The notes beneath the pieces are model-generated. The model ran no database searches. It was not told where the DNA came from and was given only the letters and a program-made list of their open reading frames with translations. From a virus: a DNA stretch of 64,000 nucleotides. Where the stretch lies: positions 1-64,000 of the IMG/VR virus record IMGVR_UViG_3300014202_000879, one strand, 5' to 3'. The position numbers were made by a program, and so were the translations under genes. Positions 19,690 through 30,550 of this stretch are shown piece by piece (the first letter of the stretch is position 1; the number at the start of each line of letters is the position of its first letter).

Positions 19690-21246
19690 GTGATGCTAAA
19701 AGCAGAAGTGGTATTCAGGCTGGCGAAACCAGCCATTGCTGTGGTGTATACCACATCAAGTAACGAGGTATCTGTGGTTGAGTTTCAGATATCCACCACG
19801 ACAAGAGCCAAGATGAGTGAAGGCCAGCAGGAAGTCTTCTCTCTTCTTAATGCATACTGGGCATCCTTGCCGGAACTTCAGCAGCTGAAGATATTCGGCT
19901 GCTATAAGATGTTTCATGACGCAGCCAACTCAGGTATAACAAAAGACAACCTGACTGCTGTATTTACGGACTATGCAACCAAACTCATGTCGTTGCACAG
20001 CTTGGAGCAATTGAAGTATTTTGTATCCATCAAGTCAGGTATCTCTTTTCCACCTGACCTGTCCACAAACTTCATCCTCAACATCGACAACAACAATACG
20101 AGAGACAAAACTTACACGCTACCAGACTACATCGATCTGGTTGTGTTTCTTCTGGCAATCAAAGCTATGGTTCCTGTATGGAACGAATTCATTGCTTTGA
20201 TGCGGCATTACATCGGCGACAAGTACGTGGCCATGACAGCGTTTGCTCTTCTGAAAAAGACACCTCACTTCACCTGTGAGGCAGTAGACAAGCTGCACAA
20301 ATACATCTCAGCCAATGCAGGAAAGATCGAGGAACAGAACGTTTTCTCATTGGGGAGCATGTCTACAGAAGACTACATCTCTTACCTGCTATCCATGTTG
20401 TGCGTTACAAAACTGTGCAACAATCCCCTGATGTACAAACTACCAGAGGACCATCTGCTCAAGATCTGCTACCCTTTCATCAAGAGGATCGTGGCGCCCA
20501 GGACCACACCTCCTAACGATGTCATTCGCGATAAACCAACAGGTGGTGGCGATGGATCGGATCAAGGCAAAGGCAGCGTAGCTGAGGGCTACCTGATATC
20601 TACTGTCCTCAGTGTGGGCGCTCTTGCACAGATTCAGTACAGTGTAGGCGATCATGCTGCTCTGGTGAGGAAACTTGCGCCTGGTCTCGACATGGAATTC
20701 GTGAATGACTGTGTTTACCATGCCAAACAACTCCTGGGTAACCGAATCCTGGATGGGCAAAACATGCTCATGTCTTACGTACTGGCACCTGTTATCCGGC
20801 CAGAGGGTCTGATACATCTGCCTTATGCCACCCGTGTAGAGATGCTTGGGATAGCCCAAGCTGTTTTGTTCTACCGAGGTCACAAGTACCTGAGTGTTCT
20901 CTTGGCCAGCAGACCGATAACTGCAGGCAACAGTTTTGTGGTGGCAGAATCCACTTCCAGGATAGGGCTAAGGGCAGAAAATGTTCAAAAGCTGATCGAA
21001 CTCTATCCCATCAAAACAGACAACTGGAGGAAAGGCAAAGACGATAAACAACGCTATCGGATATTCCAAACGGTGGATTTGTTTGTTGACTACATAGGTT
21101 CATACAACTGGACGACGGTATCGTCGCCTGAGATATGTGAAGAATGCCTAGGCAAAGGTATTCGAACAGTGCCTGTTGTTGGAGACATCCGCAACTTGTT
21201 CGCTGAGTTCATCATTGAAATTGGTTCTAGAAACTGGAGAAGGTAA
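19690..21246 (+). CDS. nvRNAP sigma-like specificity subunit (phiKZ gp68-like)
   Basis: 518 aa, RDKTYTLPDYIDL motif; synteny. Confidence 0.75.
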   Translation: MMLKAEVVFRLAKPAIAVVYTTSSNEVSVVEFQISTTTRAKMSEGQQEVFSLLNAYWASLPELQQLKIFGCYKMFHDAANSGITKDNLTAVFTDYATKLMSLHSLEQLKYFVSIKSGISFPPDLSTNFILNIDNNNTRDKTYTLPDYIDLVVFLLAIKAMVPVWNEFIALMRHYIGDKYVAMTAFALLKKTPHFTCEAVDKLHKYISANAGKIEEQNVFSLGSMSTEDYISYLLSMLCVTKLCNNPLMYKLPEDHLLKICYPFIKRIVAPRTTPPNDVIRDKPTGGGDGSDQGKGSVAEGYLISTVLSVGALAQIQYSVGDHAALVRKLAPGLDMEFVNDCVYHAKQLLGNRILDGQNMLMSYVLAPVIRPEGLIHLPYATRVEMLGIAQAVLFYRGHKYLSVLLASRPITAGNSFVVAESTSRIGLRAENVQKLIELYPIKTDNWRKGKDDKQRYRIFQTVDLFVDYIGSYNWTTVSSPEICEECLGKGIRTVPVVGDIRNLFAEFIIEIGSRNWRR

Positions 21247-21250
21247 AAAA

Positions 21251-22855
21251 ATGCAAATCGATATGTCGGGTTTGGATGCCACAACAAGAGCATCAGCGGG
21301 TCTTTCGTCATTGCCATCGGTGTATCAGCGTCCCACCAGCCGTGACATCCAGGTCACCAAACTGGATCTGTACGACTCTGGCACCTTTGCCCCCATGTAT
21401 ATGCGGCCATTCGAGTCTCCCTCGCTGGCCCACCTGGATCACAATGCGATCTCCGACAAAATCCAAGGTCGTCTGGACTCCATTGGTGGCGGGCGCGGTG
21501 CCATCACACCAGGTCTGGTGTCAGGTATCTCTGGATCGGTTCTGGGGTTCAGCGCGTCCCCTGTGAGCAACATCTTGATACCCAATGGCTGGGGCACGAA
21601 ACGCTTCACGTTCATCATGCATGTGACTTCCAAGTCGGCATTGGGTGGGGCCGAGTACTATGTGCTGCAGGGTTACACCGATCATGGTGAAGCATCGTTC
21701 AGTGGCCATGTGGACGACAACATGGTGTTTCACATCAACTCGTTCATCTCGATTACACAGGCAGTCAATCCGGTGACACACCAGATCGACCACCGTATCG
21801 TGGACTGCAAGCAGTTGTTGGATGCGAAAACGATCAACGCATCCATCAATGCAAGCGTGGGTGGTGTCTTTGGCAACGAGCAGCCTGACACTCACACCCT
21901 ACGCCCCATGGATATCTTTACGGGTATCCAAGACTCGTATATCCAGCACTACGGTGCAACGGCTTTGGGCAACGTTCACATCGACGACGTGCGCAACCGT
22001 CTGAGATCACGCGACGCTTACTCTTCTCGCGCCAACAACGTGCCGTCTCAACATTTGGCCAGCATGCTGACCAGCTGGCGCCACAACACCACCGAGGAGC
22101 TGATGGCGCTCAACGACATGGACAATGTGTCGTTGATGATCCAAGGCAGCGTGCAATCAGCCAGCGCCGACAACGACTTCATCACGATGTTGGCCAATCG
22201 CCAAGGTAAACATGGGCAAATCACATCGTCGTTTACGCTCAGAGAGCTCAAGATGATGATCCCCAATACGCCAGCACCCAGTTACTACAAAGCGGCCGGT
22301 AAAGCACTGTCCTCGTTACCCACCGCCAACAGTGTGGGTACATGGAACGGTGCCACGTTGACCAACCAGGTCAGCACCTTGCTGGCTAACGCCTTGCCTA
22401 CCTTGATGATTCAGTCGGGTTTGCAAAAAGCGGTTGTCAGTGGCTCCAACTACACACAAGGTATGGTGACCTATGACGTTCGTTGTGCCAAGGCACACAG
22501 TTTGGTGACTGGCGAAGTTGTGACGGCGATGTCGATGTTTATTGAACGCATCAAGAACGAGATCATGCCGGACATCACCATGAACAACGGCCGGTATGTC
22601 TCCTTCCAGGCAGAGGTCGATATGTTCAGAGCCACGACGATGGACATCCAAGTCGACACCGAGGAGAAGCAACGCAAGATCTGTCCGGCCTATTGCGATT
22701 CGTTGTTCCCTCCGATCGTGACACCTACCTTGGGCCACTTTGACGCGGTGGTGGCTGATATGGAACATCTGTTCAAAACCATCGATGTCAGTACGCCCAG
22801 CTCCACCAGCAGCCAGACCATGGTCAGTGGTCTTTCATTTCCATCAGGATTCTAA
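21251..22855 (+). CDS. picA: Probable phage-nucleus protein import factor PicA/Imp1 (phiKZ gp69-like)
   Basis: About 534 aa, IPNGWGTKRFTF...YVLQGYTD. Directly follows the gp68-like gene. Confidence 0.7.
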   Translation: MQIDMSGLDATTRASAGLSSLPSVYQRPTSRDIQVTKLDLYDSGTFAPMYMRPFESPSLAHLDHNAISDKIQGRLDSIGGGRGAITPGLVSGISGSVLGFSASPVSNILIPNGWGTKRFTFIMHVTSKSALGGAEYYVLQGYTDHGEASFSGHVDDNMVFHINSFISITQAVNPVTHQIDHRIVDCKQLLDAKTINASINASVGGVFGNEQPDTHTLRPMDIFTGIQDSYIQHYGATALGNVHIDDVRNRLRSRDAYSSRANNVPSQHLASMLTSWRHNTTEELMALNDMDNVSLMIQGSVQSASADNDFITMLANRQGKHGQITSSFTLRELKMMIPNTPAPSYYKAAGKALSSLPTANSVGTWNGATLTNQVSTLLANALPTLMIQSGLQKAVVSGSNYTQGMVTYDVRCAKAHSLVTGEVVTAMSMFIERIKNEIMPDITMNNGRYVSFQAEVDMFRATTMDIQVDTEEKQRKICPAYCDSLFPPIVTPTLGHFDAVVADMEHLFKTIDVSTPSSTSSQTMVSGLSFPSGF

Positions 22856-22858
22856 AAA

Positions 22859-24097
22859 ATGACACCCAAGCTCATTACTTTCTACACCCAGATTTTGGGT
22901 CTGTGTGGCATCAAGCCCAATAAAAACGGGTTTTGCAACATCAGCTGGCAAGGGACTGAAGTTCCTTGCGTGATCGACCAAAAGACACTGTGTCTGCCTA
23001 CGAAAGAACGTTTGGAAGCATTCGACTTCCAGACCAACATCGTTTTCCACCCCATGTCCGAAGTGCCCCACCGTGGTGAATCGGAAGTGCTGGAACGCAT
23101 CCGCAAATGTTTCATCGAGAAGATGGACAACAGCATCAAGATCGTGATGCTGGGGTTGCTGGAGATCGCAGCCAATCCCAGCAAGCAAAAAGACCTGGAC
23201 CCGGAACAGTTGCAGCTGCTCAAAGCGGTACCTGGTGTGACACAAGAGTGTTTCACCTACTTCCGTGAAAAGATCGTGATCGCCGGCATCAAGGGCGCAC
23301 CATTGATGAAGTTCTACGGTTTGAACCTGCGCAAGTCTGGCCGTTACAAAGGAAAGAACGTGGGCACCATCGGCATCTCGTTCTTTCCGTTCTACGAAGG
23401 CCTCAAAGCTGGCAAACCAGAGAAAGCCAAACCGGCTTACCTGCAGATCTACCAAAAGACACTGGAGTACATTTTCCAGCTCGACGACGAAGAAGCCTAC
23501 AACCGCCCGGCTGTCAGCCAGCTGTTCGCCCCTATGCTGACAAGTTTTATCTTGACAGCAGGTGCTGCAGCCGACAGCCTGAACAACGTGATGAAGTTGT
23601 TCGGACCTCACATCTTCTCGAACGACGAAGAGTTGCAGTCCTACCTGTTTGAAATGGACTGGGCTGACATGATGACCGACATCGAGCAACTCATCCCTGA
23701 TGTGAAGTCGCTGCCTGTGCAAACAGGCAATGGCGGACGTGTCGAGCCACGCCAGGTCAAGGAAGAAACCATTCCCAAGTTGCCTTTACAGCAGCACAAT
23801 GTTACGCTACAAACCCAGCAGCCGGTTGTTGAATCGCCCCAGCTTCAGATCCAACAACCCAGCGTCCAAGTTCAGATGCCGTCCTTGTTCGGTGGGTTGG
23901 GTACTCAAGCACCCCAGCCACGTCCAGGGTCGAGTTCGTTGGAAGCAGCGATGGGCTCACTGCCTGGCAACGGTGTGACCATTGCTGGGTTTGGGTCGCT
24001 GGGCGGCATCGCTGCTCCTGTGCAGCGGGAATATATTCCATCATGGGCTCAGCCACAACAAGCTGCGGTGAGCAACGGAATCCCTCCTTGGCTCTAA
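22859..24097 (+). CDS. Conserved core protein with Q/P-rich disordered C-terminus (phiKZ gp70-like)
   Basis: 412 aa, VFHPMSE...RGESEV; synteny. Confidence 0.7.
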   Translation: MTPKLITFYTQILGLCGIKPNKNGFCNISWQGTEVPCVIDQKTLCLPTKERLEAFDFQTNIVFHPMSEVPHRGESEVLERIRKCFIEKMDNSIKIVMLGLLEIAANPSKQKDLDPEQLQLLKAVPGVTQECFTYFREKIVIAGIKGAPLMKFYGLNLRKSGRYKGKNVGTIGISFFPFYEGLKAGKPEKAKPAYLQIYQKTLEYIFQLDDEEAYNRPAVSQLFAPMLTSFILTAGAAADSLNNVMKLFGPHIFSNDEELQSYLFEMDWADMMTDIEQLIPDVKSLPVQTGNGGRVEPRQVKEETIPKLPLQQHNVTLQTQQPVVESPQLQIQQPSVQVQMPSLFGGLGTQAPQPRPGSSSLEAAMGSLPGNGVTIAGFGSLGGIAAPVQREYIPSWAQPQQAAVSNGIPPWL

Positions 24098-24115
24098 CCA
24101 GCTAAAGCTGTGACC

Positions 24116-24158
24116 AAGATCACAGCAGCCCCTAACAAGGCTGCTGTGATCTTTTTTT
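24116..24158 (+). terminator. Intrinsic terminator between convergent genes
   Basis: aagatcacagcagcc/ggctgctgtgatctt plus T-tract. Confidence 0.85.
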
Positions 24159-24168
24159 ATGCGTGGAT

Positions 24169-24501
24169 CTACATCACCTGTACGTTCATCAGAGCTTGCA
24201 TCTTCTGGACAAAACCAGCTGGTGGCATCAGAAAGACCATCTGCTCACCTGAGTAGTCCGATGGGTTTTTCATCCCATTGAGACGCATAGTCAGGTAATG
24301 TTCGTTTTTAGGGACTTTGTATTTCTGCAACAGCGCGTAGAAGTCACCCTCGAACACAGCACTTTCGTAGGGCTCTATGGCAAAAGCCCGAAGGGATGTC
24401 GATGTCCTGATGAAAGGAAGCATGTTTTCCATAACCAGCTTGAAAGCAGGCGTAAAGTACACCGAGGGGTATACCGAAGTAAGTTCATCTAGCACTTGCA
24501 T
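24169..24501 (-). CDS. Small LysM-like/baseplate-wedge-like protein
   Basis: 110 aa. DFYALL...TMRLNGMKNPSDY...LMP resembles a LysM-type C-terminus. Confidence 0.55.
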   Translation of the reverse strand: MQVLDELTSVYPSVYFTPAFKLVMENMLPFIRTSTSLRAFAIEPYESAVFEGDFYALLQKYKVPKNEHYLTMRLNGMKNPSDYSGEQMVFLMPPAGFVQKMQALMNVQVM

Positions 24502-24543
24502 TTGGGATCTCCTATCCGACTGTTCTTACGAAACAGACAACCA

Positions 24544-24560
24544 TATATACTTTCACTGAC
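24544..24560 (+). promoter_or_regulatory. Putative early promoter
   Basis: tatatact-ttcac-tgac. Confidence 0.65.
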
Positions 24561-24613
24561 CACTTGAGAACCAAGTGTCACCATTTCATTCATCACAAGG
24601 AGAAAGCTTACCG

Positions 24614-26764
24614 ATGGACAATAACCAGATCTGCCAGCGTATAGAGAGTGAGTTCCCAGATTCCAAGATCAACTTGGCATGCAACGAGTTGCATCTGGAG
24701 TTGATGGGTATCAATGGCTTCAATCCGTTTCTGATGCATGTATCGTCGGCCAGGAACGTGATGGTGGGCACACAGCTGTCGCAACGTGCTGTGACGGTGG
24801 GTTGCGACCAGTTGCTACAGACCAGCGGCATGGATTTGCGCTTGGCTGATTCCACCGCAGCGGTGCGTATGCCAGAGAACGGCAAAGTACTGCAGATCAT
24901 CCCACGTATACCAGATACAGCTATCTCTGGTGTGGAGTTCAATCCAGAGACGTATGTGCTTTTCGAAGCAGAAAATGGTGTGCTGGATTATTTCGTCGTC
25001 CCTCATCACAAGAGCTTCGATCCCAACTTCGGGTTTCGATACGTGATGAACGAGGACAACATCAATCAGATCCAGGTGCATCAAAGTTTGCCCAAGGACA
25101 TGGTGTTTGCTGACTCGCCTGCCGTCAAAGATGGGTTCTTCAACGTTGGCGTCAATGCAAACGTAGCGTTTGCGACCGACTTGGAGACCGCTGAGGATGG
25201 CTTCGTTATCAGCGAGTCCTTCATCAAATCACCCAAGCTGAAGTTCCACATGTACCAGAAGATGGTCGTGGAGTATGGATCCAAGACTTACCCTCTGCTC
25301 AACGAGCACGGAAAGATCCATCCAGATATCGGCGAGTACATCGGCAAGAATGGTCTGCTGATGACGCTGCGCAAATTCAACAAACATACCGCACCCGTGG
25401 ACTGCTCTATCCACGATCTGCGTGAGCCCAATTACCAGTTCGACGAACCTGTCTTTGTTCACAGCAACTTTCCTGGCAGAATCATCGACATCGTTGCAGT
25501 CAAAAACAACCTGTCACCAGAGCCACCAGATGCGCTGTGTCAGCAGACAGAAAAGTACTGTCAGTTCTACATGAACTTCAACCGAGCATTGGTTGATTTC
25601 GAGACAAGGATGTACTCCGTTCAAAGAAAAATGTACGGAGCACGTGTCAATCTTCCCTTATCGAAAAAGCTGCACAATCTGCTGGTGACGGCACATGGGA
25701 TCACACACCGTGATCGTGATCCCAATGCCAAAATCGGCTTCATGTTCAAGAAAGAACTCATCGACTCCTACAGGTACGAGTTCACCATCGAGTATGAGAT
25801 TCAGCCATGGAAGGGCAACAAGTTCACAGACTTGTGCGGCGGCAAAGGTGTCTGTGTCGACATCAGACCAGATGAACACATGCCAGTGGACTCCCAAGGC
25901 AACAGAGCCGACATCATTATTGATGCAGGCTCCAGATTCGCTCGCATGATCCCTGGATCACTGTATGCACACGCGATGGGCGGTCTGACACGAGACATAG
26001 CTGTCAATCACATCAGGCCCGATACGGGTTTTGTGGATGGAATGACGGAAGAAACGTTTCGGCTACAGCTGACGCCCGAGAGATACAACGTGGCTCTGGA
26101 AAAGCTGTTCACTCTGTTTCGACTTGTGTCGGATGACCAGTACAACTTCTATAAAGTTCAATCCGAACACGACCTGATCGGTGAACTCTACGACATTTGC
26201 GTGGAGAAACAAATCAGGATCGATAGGCAGATCAACGGCAAAGTCGATTTGTCAGTGACCATGCCTATCTTGCGGGAAATATTCAAGCCCGTCATAGGGC
26301 CCGTTCGGTTTTACAACAGGTTCACAGGTCAATACAACATGACCACGAAACCTGTGTTGATTGCTCCGCTTCATGTCTTGGTGCTGGACAAAGTGGGTGG
26401 CGAGCTTATGGCCGCGTCCACAGCCAACATACATGCGTTTGGTATCCTGGCCCAAGTCAACAAGGGCAACAGGGCACGCTATCCTTGGCGCAACACACCT
26501 GCTAAGGTGGTGGGTGAAACCGAATTTCGTTTGTACCTGGCTTATTGTGGCAGACGTGTGGTGGCTGAGTTGTACGACTTCTCCAACAGCATCGAGTCAC
26601 AGAAAGCGGTGGTGTGGGAGATCAGCGAAAGTGAAACACCAACGAGCATCCCCAAGATAATCGACAGGACCAAAATCAAGTACGGCAACACCAAAGGCCT
26701 TCAGTACTTCAAGCACATGATGGGTTGTCGTGGTATCAGCGTGGAATGGGAGAAAGAAAAATGA
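24614..26764 (+). CDS. nvRNAP beta C-terminal subunit (phiKZ gp71-73-like), uninterrupted
   Basis: SSARNVM...Q, GVNANVA, AEDGFVIS, GNKFTDLCGGKGV...MPVDSQGNRADII and GETEFR. Confidence 0.92.
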   Translation: MDNNQICQRIESEFPDSKINLACNELHLELMGINGFNPFLMHVSSARNVMVGTQLSQRAVTVGCDQLLQTSGMDLRLADSTAAVRMPENGKVLQIIPRIPDTAISGVEFNPETYVLFEAENGVLDYFVVPHHKSFDPNFGFRYVMNEDNINQIQVHQSLPKDMVFADSPAVKDGFFNVGVNANVAFATDLETAEDGFVISESFIKSPKLKFHMYQKMVVEYGSKTYPLLNEHGKIHPDIGEYIGKNGLLMTLRKFNKHTAPVDCSIHDLREPNYQFDEPVFVHSNFPGRIIDIVAVKNNLSPEPPDALCQQTEKYCQFYMNFNRALVDFETRMYSVQRKMYGARVNLPLSKKLHNLLVTAHGITHRDRDPNAKIGFMFKKELIDSYRYEFTIEYEIQPWKGNKFTDLCGGKGVCVDIRPDEHMPVDSQGNRADIIIDAGSRFARMIPGSLYAHAMGGLTRDIAVNHIRPDTGFVDGMTEETFRLQLTPERYNVALEKLFTLFRLVSDDQYNFYKVQSEHDLIGELYDICVEKQIRIDRQINGKVDLSVTMPILREIFKPVIGPVRFYNRFTGQYNMTTKPVLIAPLHVLVLDKVGGELMAASTANIHAFGILAQVNKGNRARYPWRNTPAKVVGETEFRLYLAYCGRRVVAELYDFSNSIESQKAVVWEISESETPTSIPKIIDRTKIKYGNTKGLQYFKHMMGCRGISVEWEKEK

Positions 26765-28812
26765 ACACCTTGGTCAATCAGATCCCTACCTACGAAATCA
26801 GAGATGCAGTAAACTGTCTGACGACAGGCAGGTTGAGTGATGGGTCGGTGTTCTTTGTGGTTTTCGATGATGGGGTCACCATCAAGACCCACAATCGATA
26901 CCTGTTGTACAACATGGCATACTTTCAGTTCCATGCCATGTTCCCAAGACTGCCTTACCTGAGCAGACATTACGCACAAGTGATCCTCAAAGGAAAGCAG
27001 CTCTCCACTTCCACCAGCGCCGATGTGCTCACCAACATCAGCAGGGATGTGTGTGAAATCTACGACATGAAGTCTTCGGTGGAGTACAGGCAACTCATGC
27101 TGGCATGTATGAAAGTCATCAACCTGGACTACAACACCATGGCTGTACACACAGTGGCCAGTGTTTATTCGATCACTATCTACGACTTGTTGGAGCTGAT
27201 TAACCATCCAACGATGAAGAAGATTTTCTGGGATGTCAGCAACGGTAAGATATCTATCAAACAGGCATACAACCTGTGTGGGGCTTTCCTGAGAGAAGAC
27301 CCCAGTGTGGCCAACAACAATGCAGCCATTGGCGTGCGTTGCCGTATGCTGAATGAAAACCAGCTGATGCAGACCGTGATGGTTCGTGGTTATCCCACGG
27401 AAGTCAATGGTGACATCATGCCACATCCGGTGATGACGAACTTTGTCAAGGGTCTGTACATCTTGTACGACTTTGTGGCTGAGTCACGTTCGGCTGCCAA
27501 GAGCTACTATTACTCCGAAGCACCTATTCAGGATGCAGAGTACTTTGCCAGGCGCCTTCAGCTCATCACCATGGTGGTGGAGCGTGTGCACCATGGTGAG
27601 GACTGTGGCTCTACGGACTACGAAACATGGCCGGTGTTTCGCCCACCTACCTTTGACAGCGACGGCATTCGTACGTTTGCTGGTGACATGGCGTTCTTCA
27701 AAGGCAAGTTCTATGTGGACGAGGAAACTCAAAAGCTCAAGAAGATCATGGGCGATGAAACACATCTGTATGGCAAGCCTCTAAGATTCAGGTCTTCTAT
27801 CAAGTGTTGGCACAAAGACAAGCACGGTGTGTGCCATGTGTGTTTTGGTGACTTGGCCAAGAACGTGCCTATGAACGCCAACCTGGGCCATCTTTGTACG
27901 GTGGTGCTGTGCAGGCAATCCACACAGCTTATTCTGAGCAACAAGCACCTGGATGCATCCTCTGTGGCAGTGGCTCTGATACTATCGCACATGGCGACCA
28001 TGTTCTTCGAGCCACCCAATGGCCAGCAGACCATGAAGATGAAAAAGATATTCAAAGACATGGATGTCAAGATCACGGTGGCCAAAGACGAAGCCAAAGG
28101 CATCGTGGACATTGTGGACCTGGACTCGCTGTCTGTCACGAATTTCTCGCGGATCAGCAGCATCGAAGACATCTATATCTACTACACGGACAAAGGCCGA
28201 ACTACCAGACATCTGGTGAGGGTTGCTCAGCCTACACGGTTTGCCCATTTGTCCAGACAGTTTCTACAACACATCAAGAAACACAAATACACCATCGATG
28301 CCAAAGGCAACTTTGTATTCGATCTGAAGGATTGGTCGTTTAGCCAACCCATATTTCAGTTTGTCAAGCGCGAACAAAATTACTCGCAGCACTCGCACGA
28401 TGTCGCCAGTGTGATCGAGTCGCGGCTGGACGAACTCACCGAGCGCGAAGCAGATGGCTCACCATCTGTTGTGCTTAAAGAACTCTACGACGTGTGTGTG
28501 TCCAAACTCAACATCCACGTCAGTTGCTTGGAAGTTATCGTCTATGCTTTCATGATGCCTGAGAAAGGCAACTACGGCATGGCCAGGGGTGCAAAGAAAC
28601 CCATCATGGGTATCCACTCTCAGCTTATGGCCAATAGGTCGCTTGGCGCCGCATACGTTTACGAGAACCTGACCGATGTTCTGATGGATACAGGCTCCTT
28701 TAATCAAGGAGAAAGACCCGATCACCCAATGGATGTGGCTTTCAACCCAGACAAAGTTCTGGAGTACCATCTGTCTGATGAAAATCCCTACAGACCTGAG
28801 TTTGTGACGTAA
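26761..28812 (+). CDS. nvRNAP beta' C-terminal subunit (phiKZ gp74-like)
   Basis: Bridge-helix-like AESRSAAKS...EYFARRLQ. Also EDCGS, RSSIKC...VCHVCFG and TQLILSNKH. Confidence 0.9.
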   Translation: MNTLVNQIPTYEIRDAVNCLTTGRLSDGSVFFVVFDDGVTIKTHNRYLLYNMAYFQFHAMFPRLPYLSRHYAQVILKGKQLSTSTSADVLTNISRDVCEIYDMKSSVEYRQLMLACMKVINLDYNTMAVHTVASVYSITIYDLLELINHPTMKKIFWDVSNGKISIKQAYNLCGAFLREDPSVANNNAAIGVRCRMLNENQLMQTVMVRGYPTEVNGDIMPHPVMTNFVKGLYILYDFVAESRSAAKSYYYSEAPIQDAEYFARRLQLITMVVERVHHGEDCGSTDYETWPVFRPPTFDSDGIRTFAGDMAFFKGKFYVDEETQKLKKIMGDETHLYGKPLRFRSSIKCWHKDKHGVCHVCFGDLAKNVPMNANLGHLCTVVLCRQSTQLILSNKHLDASSVAVALILSHMATMFFEPPNGQQTMKMKKIFKDMDVKITVAKDEAKGIVDIVDLDSLSVTNFSRISSIEDIYIYYTDKGRTTRHLVRVAQPTRFAHLSRQFLQHIKKHKYTIDAKGNFVFDLKDWSFSQPIFQFVKREQNYSQHSHDVASVIESRLDELTEREADGSPSVVLKELYDVCVSKLNIHVSCLEVIVYAFMMPEKGNYGMARGAKKPIMGIHSQLMANRSLGAAYVYENLTDVLMDTGSFNQGERPDHPMDVAFNPDKVLEYHLSDENPYRPEFVT

Positions 28813-28820
28813 GCACAGAT

Positions 28821-28851
28821 CCCTTTGCCTGGTTAGAAGCCAGGCAAAGGG
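28821..28851. terminator. Intergenic hairpin
   Basis: ccctttgcctgg/ccaggcaaaggg. Confidence 0.6.
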
Positions 28852-28934
28852 TCACTGTCTATCTACCGGGATACAGAAAAGGTGGTTTCTTTTTGCTTTT
28901 AGCCACAATAACATGATTGATAAAGGGCTCCTAT

Positions 28935-30500
28935 ATGACCATGTTCTCCCCGCCAGTTTACTGCGAGATAGATGTCTTCTCACATGGCTTTACCGTTCGA
29001 GTAAAGAACCCCATGGTGACTCGGCATATACGAAACTTCATATCCAAGTACGCACTGTACGGGTTCATCAAGGATAAGAACGGTAAGAGAAGATACACAC
29101 CTACTTCGTACTTGTGCGACGAGACGATGGACAAATCCATCTTTACGTTTCACATTGAGCAATACAAGCCATTCATATCGATGCTCGACTACATCGGTTA
29201 TGGTGACGACAGACGTATTGTGCGTAAGTGGGGACACAAAGAGTTCAAGACGTTCGACATGAACATCAAAAGCCATATCGAACTGCGCGATTACCAGAAA
29301 GAGGCAGCCGAGTTTGCTCAGCAAAAAAGAACAGAAGCTATCCATTCTGCGTTGTTGGCCATGCCCACAGGCACAGGCAAGACCCTAACTGCACTGTACC
29401 TCAGCTGCATATACAAACAAAGGACCGCTGTTTTCGTCAGGTCCACATTTGTCAAGCAATGGTACAACGACATTCAGAAGAACACAGATACCCAGGCTCA
29501 CGAGATCCTTGAGATACAAGGTGGTGGGACGCTGCGTGCTCTTATGGCCATGACAGAGGATGACCTTAAAGACATCAAGTTCATCATCTTTTCTGAACAG
29601 ACCATGTGTCTGTATTTTGACGACTACGTGGCGGCCGATTGCGTAGAAGGCGACTATGGCTACAGTGTATCACCCCATGGGTTGCTACCCCATCTGAACA
29701 TAGGCATGTGTATCTTCGATGAGATGCATGAAGCCATAAAGCAGGTGTATCGCTGTCTTATCTACTGCCATGTTCCTTTTGTAGTGGGGCTGTCGGCCAC
29801 CTTCATGGCGCAAGAACAAGACATCGTCGAGATGCAGTCGCTTCTGGTACCAGAGTGCCTGAGGTTCACCGACATCCAGATGAAGAAATACATAGACTGC
29901 TACTCGCTTGGGTACCGGTTTAAACATTACGATCCCAAGAGGATCAAAACGACAGCCATGGGTAACACCATGTACTCGCACGATGCTTTCGAGGCCTCCA
30001 TAATAAGGAACAAAGCTTACCTCAAGGGTTATCTGGACATGATCGCGTACGTTATGCGTGTTCTGTACAAAGGCGATTACGATGACTACAAGCCCGGTGA
30101 CAAAGCTGTTGTGTATGCCTTCAAGAAAGACATGTGTGATTTGATTATCGAGCGTCTGAAAGAGCAGTATCCTGAACTCGATATACGAAGGTTTGTCAGT
30201 GGCGATCCCTACGACAACGTGATAAAGCCCGACATACGTGTCACGACCATAGGCAGCTTTGGTGCAGGCAAAGACGTTCCTGATCTTTGTTTCTCGCTGC
30301 TGACCAACAGTGTGAACAAACCTTCTGCGAATATCCAAATTCTGGGTAGACTCAGAGAGATCGCTGGTACCAAAGTTAAGCTGGCTTTCATCTGGTGCGC
30401 TCAGATAAACAAGCATGTCGAATATGCTGATGAAAAAATGAAGTGGTTTAAGCCACGGACGGCCTCTTTGGCTAAGTACACGATAGCCGATTACGTCTAA
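28935..30500 (+). CDS. Superfamily 2 (DExH) helicase (phiKZ gp75-like)
   Basis: Q motif LRDYQ, Walker A PTGTGKT, DEMH, motif III SAT, motif VI QILGRLR. Confidence 0.92.
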   Translation: MTMFSPPVYCEIDVFSHGFTVRVKNPMVTRHIRNFISKYALYGFIKDKNGKRRYTPTSYLCDETMDKSIFTFHIEQYKPFISMLDYIGYGDDRRIVRKWGHKEFKTFDMNIKSHIELRDYQKEAAEFAQQKRTEAIHSALLAMPTGTGKTLTALYLSCIYKQRTAVFVRSTFVKQWYNDIQKNTDTQAHEILEIQGGGTLRALMAMTEDDLKDIKFIIFSEQTMCLYFDDYVAADCVEGDYGYSVSPHGLLPHLNIGMCIFDEMHEAIKQVYRCLIYCHVPFVVGLSATFMAQEQDIVEMQSLLVPECLRFTDIQMKKYIDCYSLGYRFKHYDPKRIKTTAMGNTMYSHDAFEASIIRNKAYLKGYLDMIAYVMRVLYKGDYDDYKPGDKAVVYAFKKDMCDLIIERLKEQYPELDIRRFVSGDPYDNVIKPDIRVTTIGSFGAGKDVPDLCFSLLTNSVNKPSANIQILGRLREIAGTKVKLAFIWCAQINKHVEYADEKMKWFKPRTASLAKYTIADYV

Positions 30501-30541
30501 CCCCTCCGCCTACCCGCAGTCAACAGGTGGGCGGTCAGCCA
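30460..30541 (+). repeat. Direct repeat copy 1 (helicase 3' end plus hairpin)
   Basis: Imperfect copy at 31012-31094. Confidence 0.85.
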
Positions 30542-30550
30542 GAATTTATC

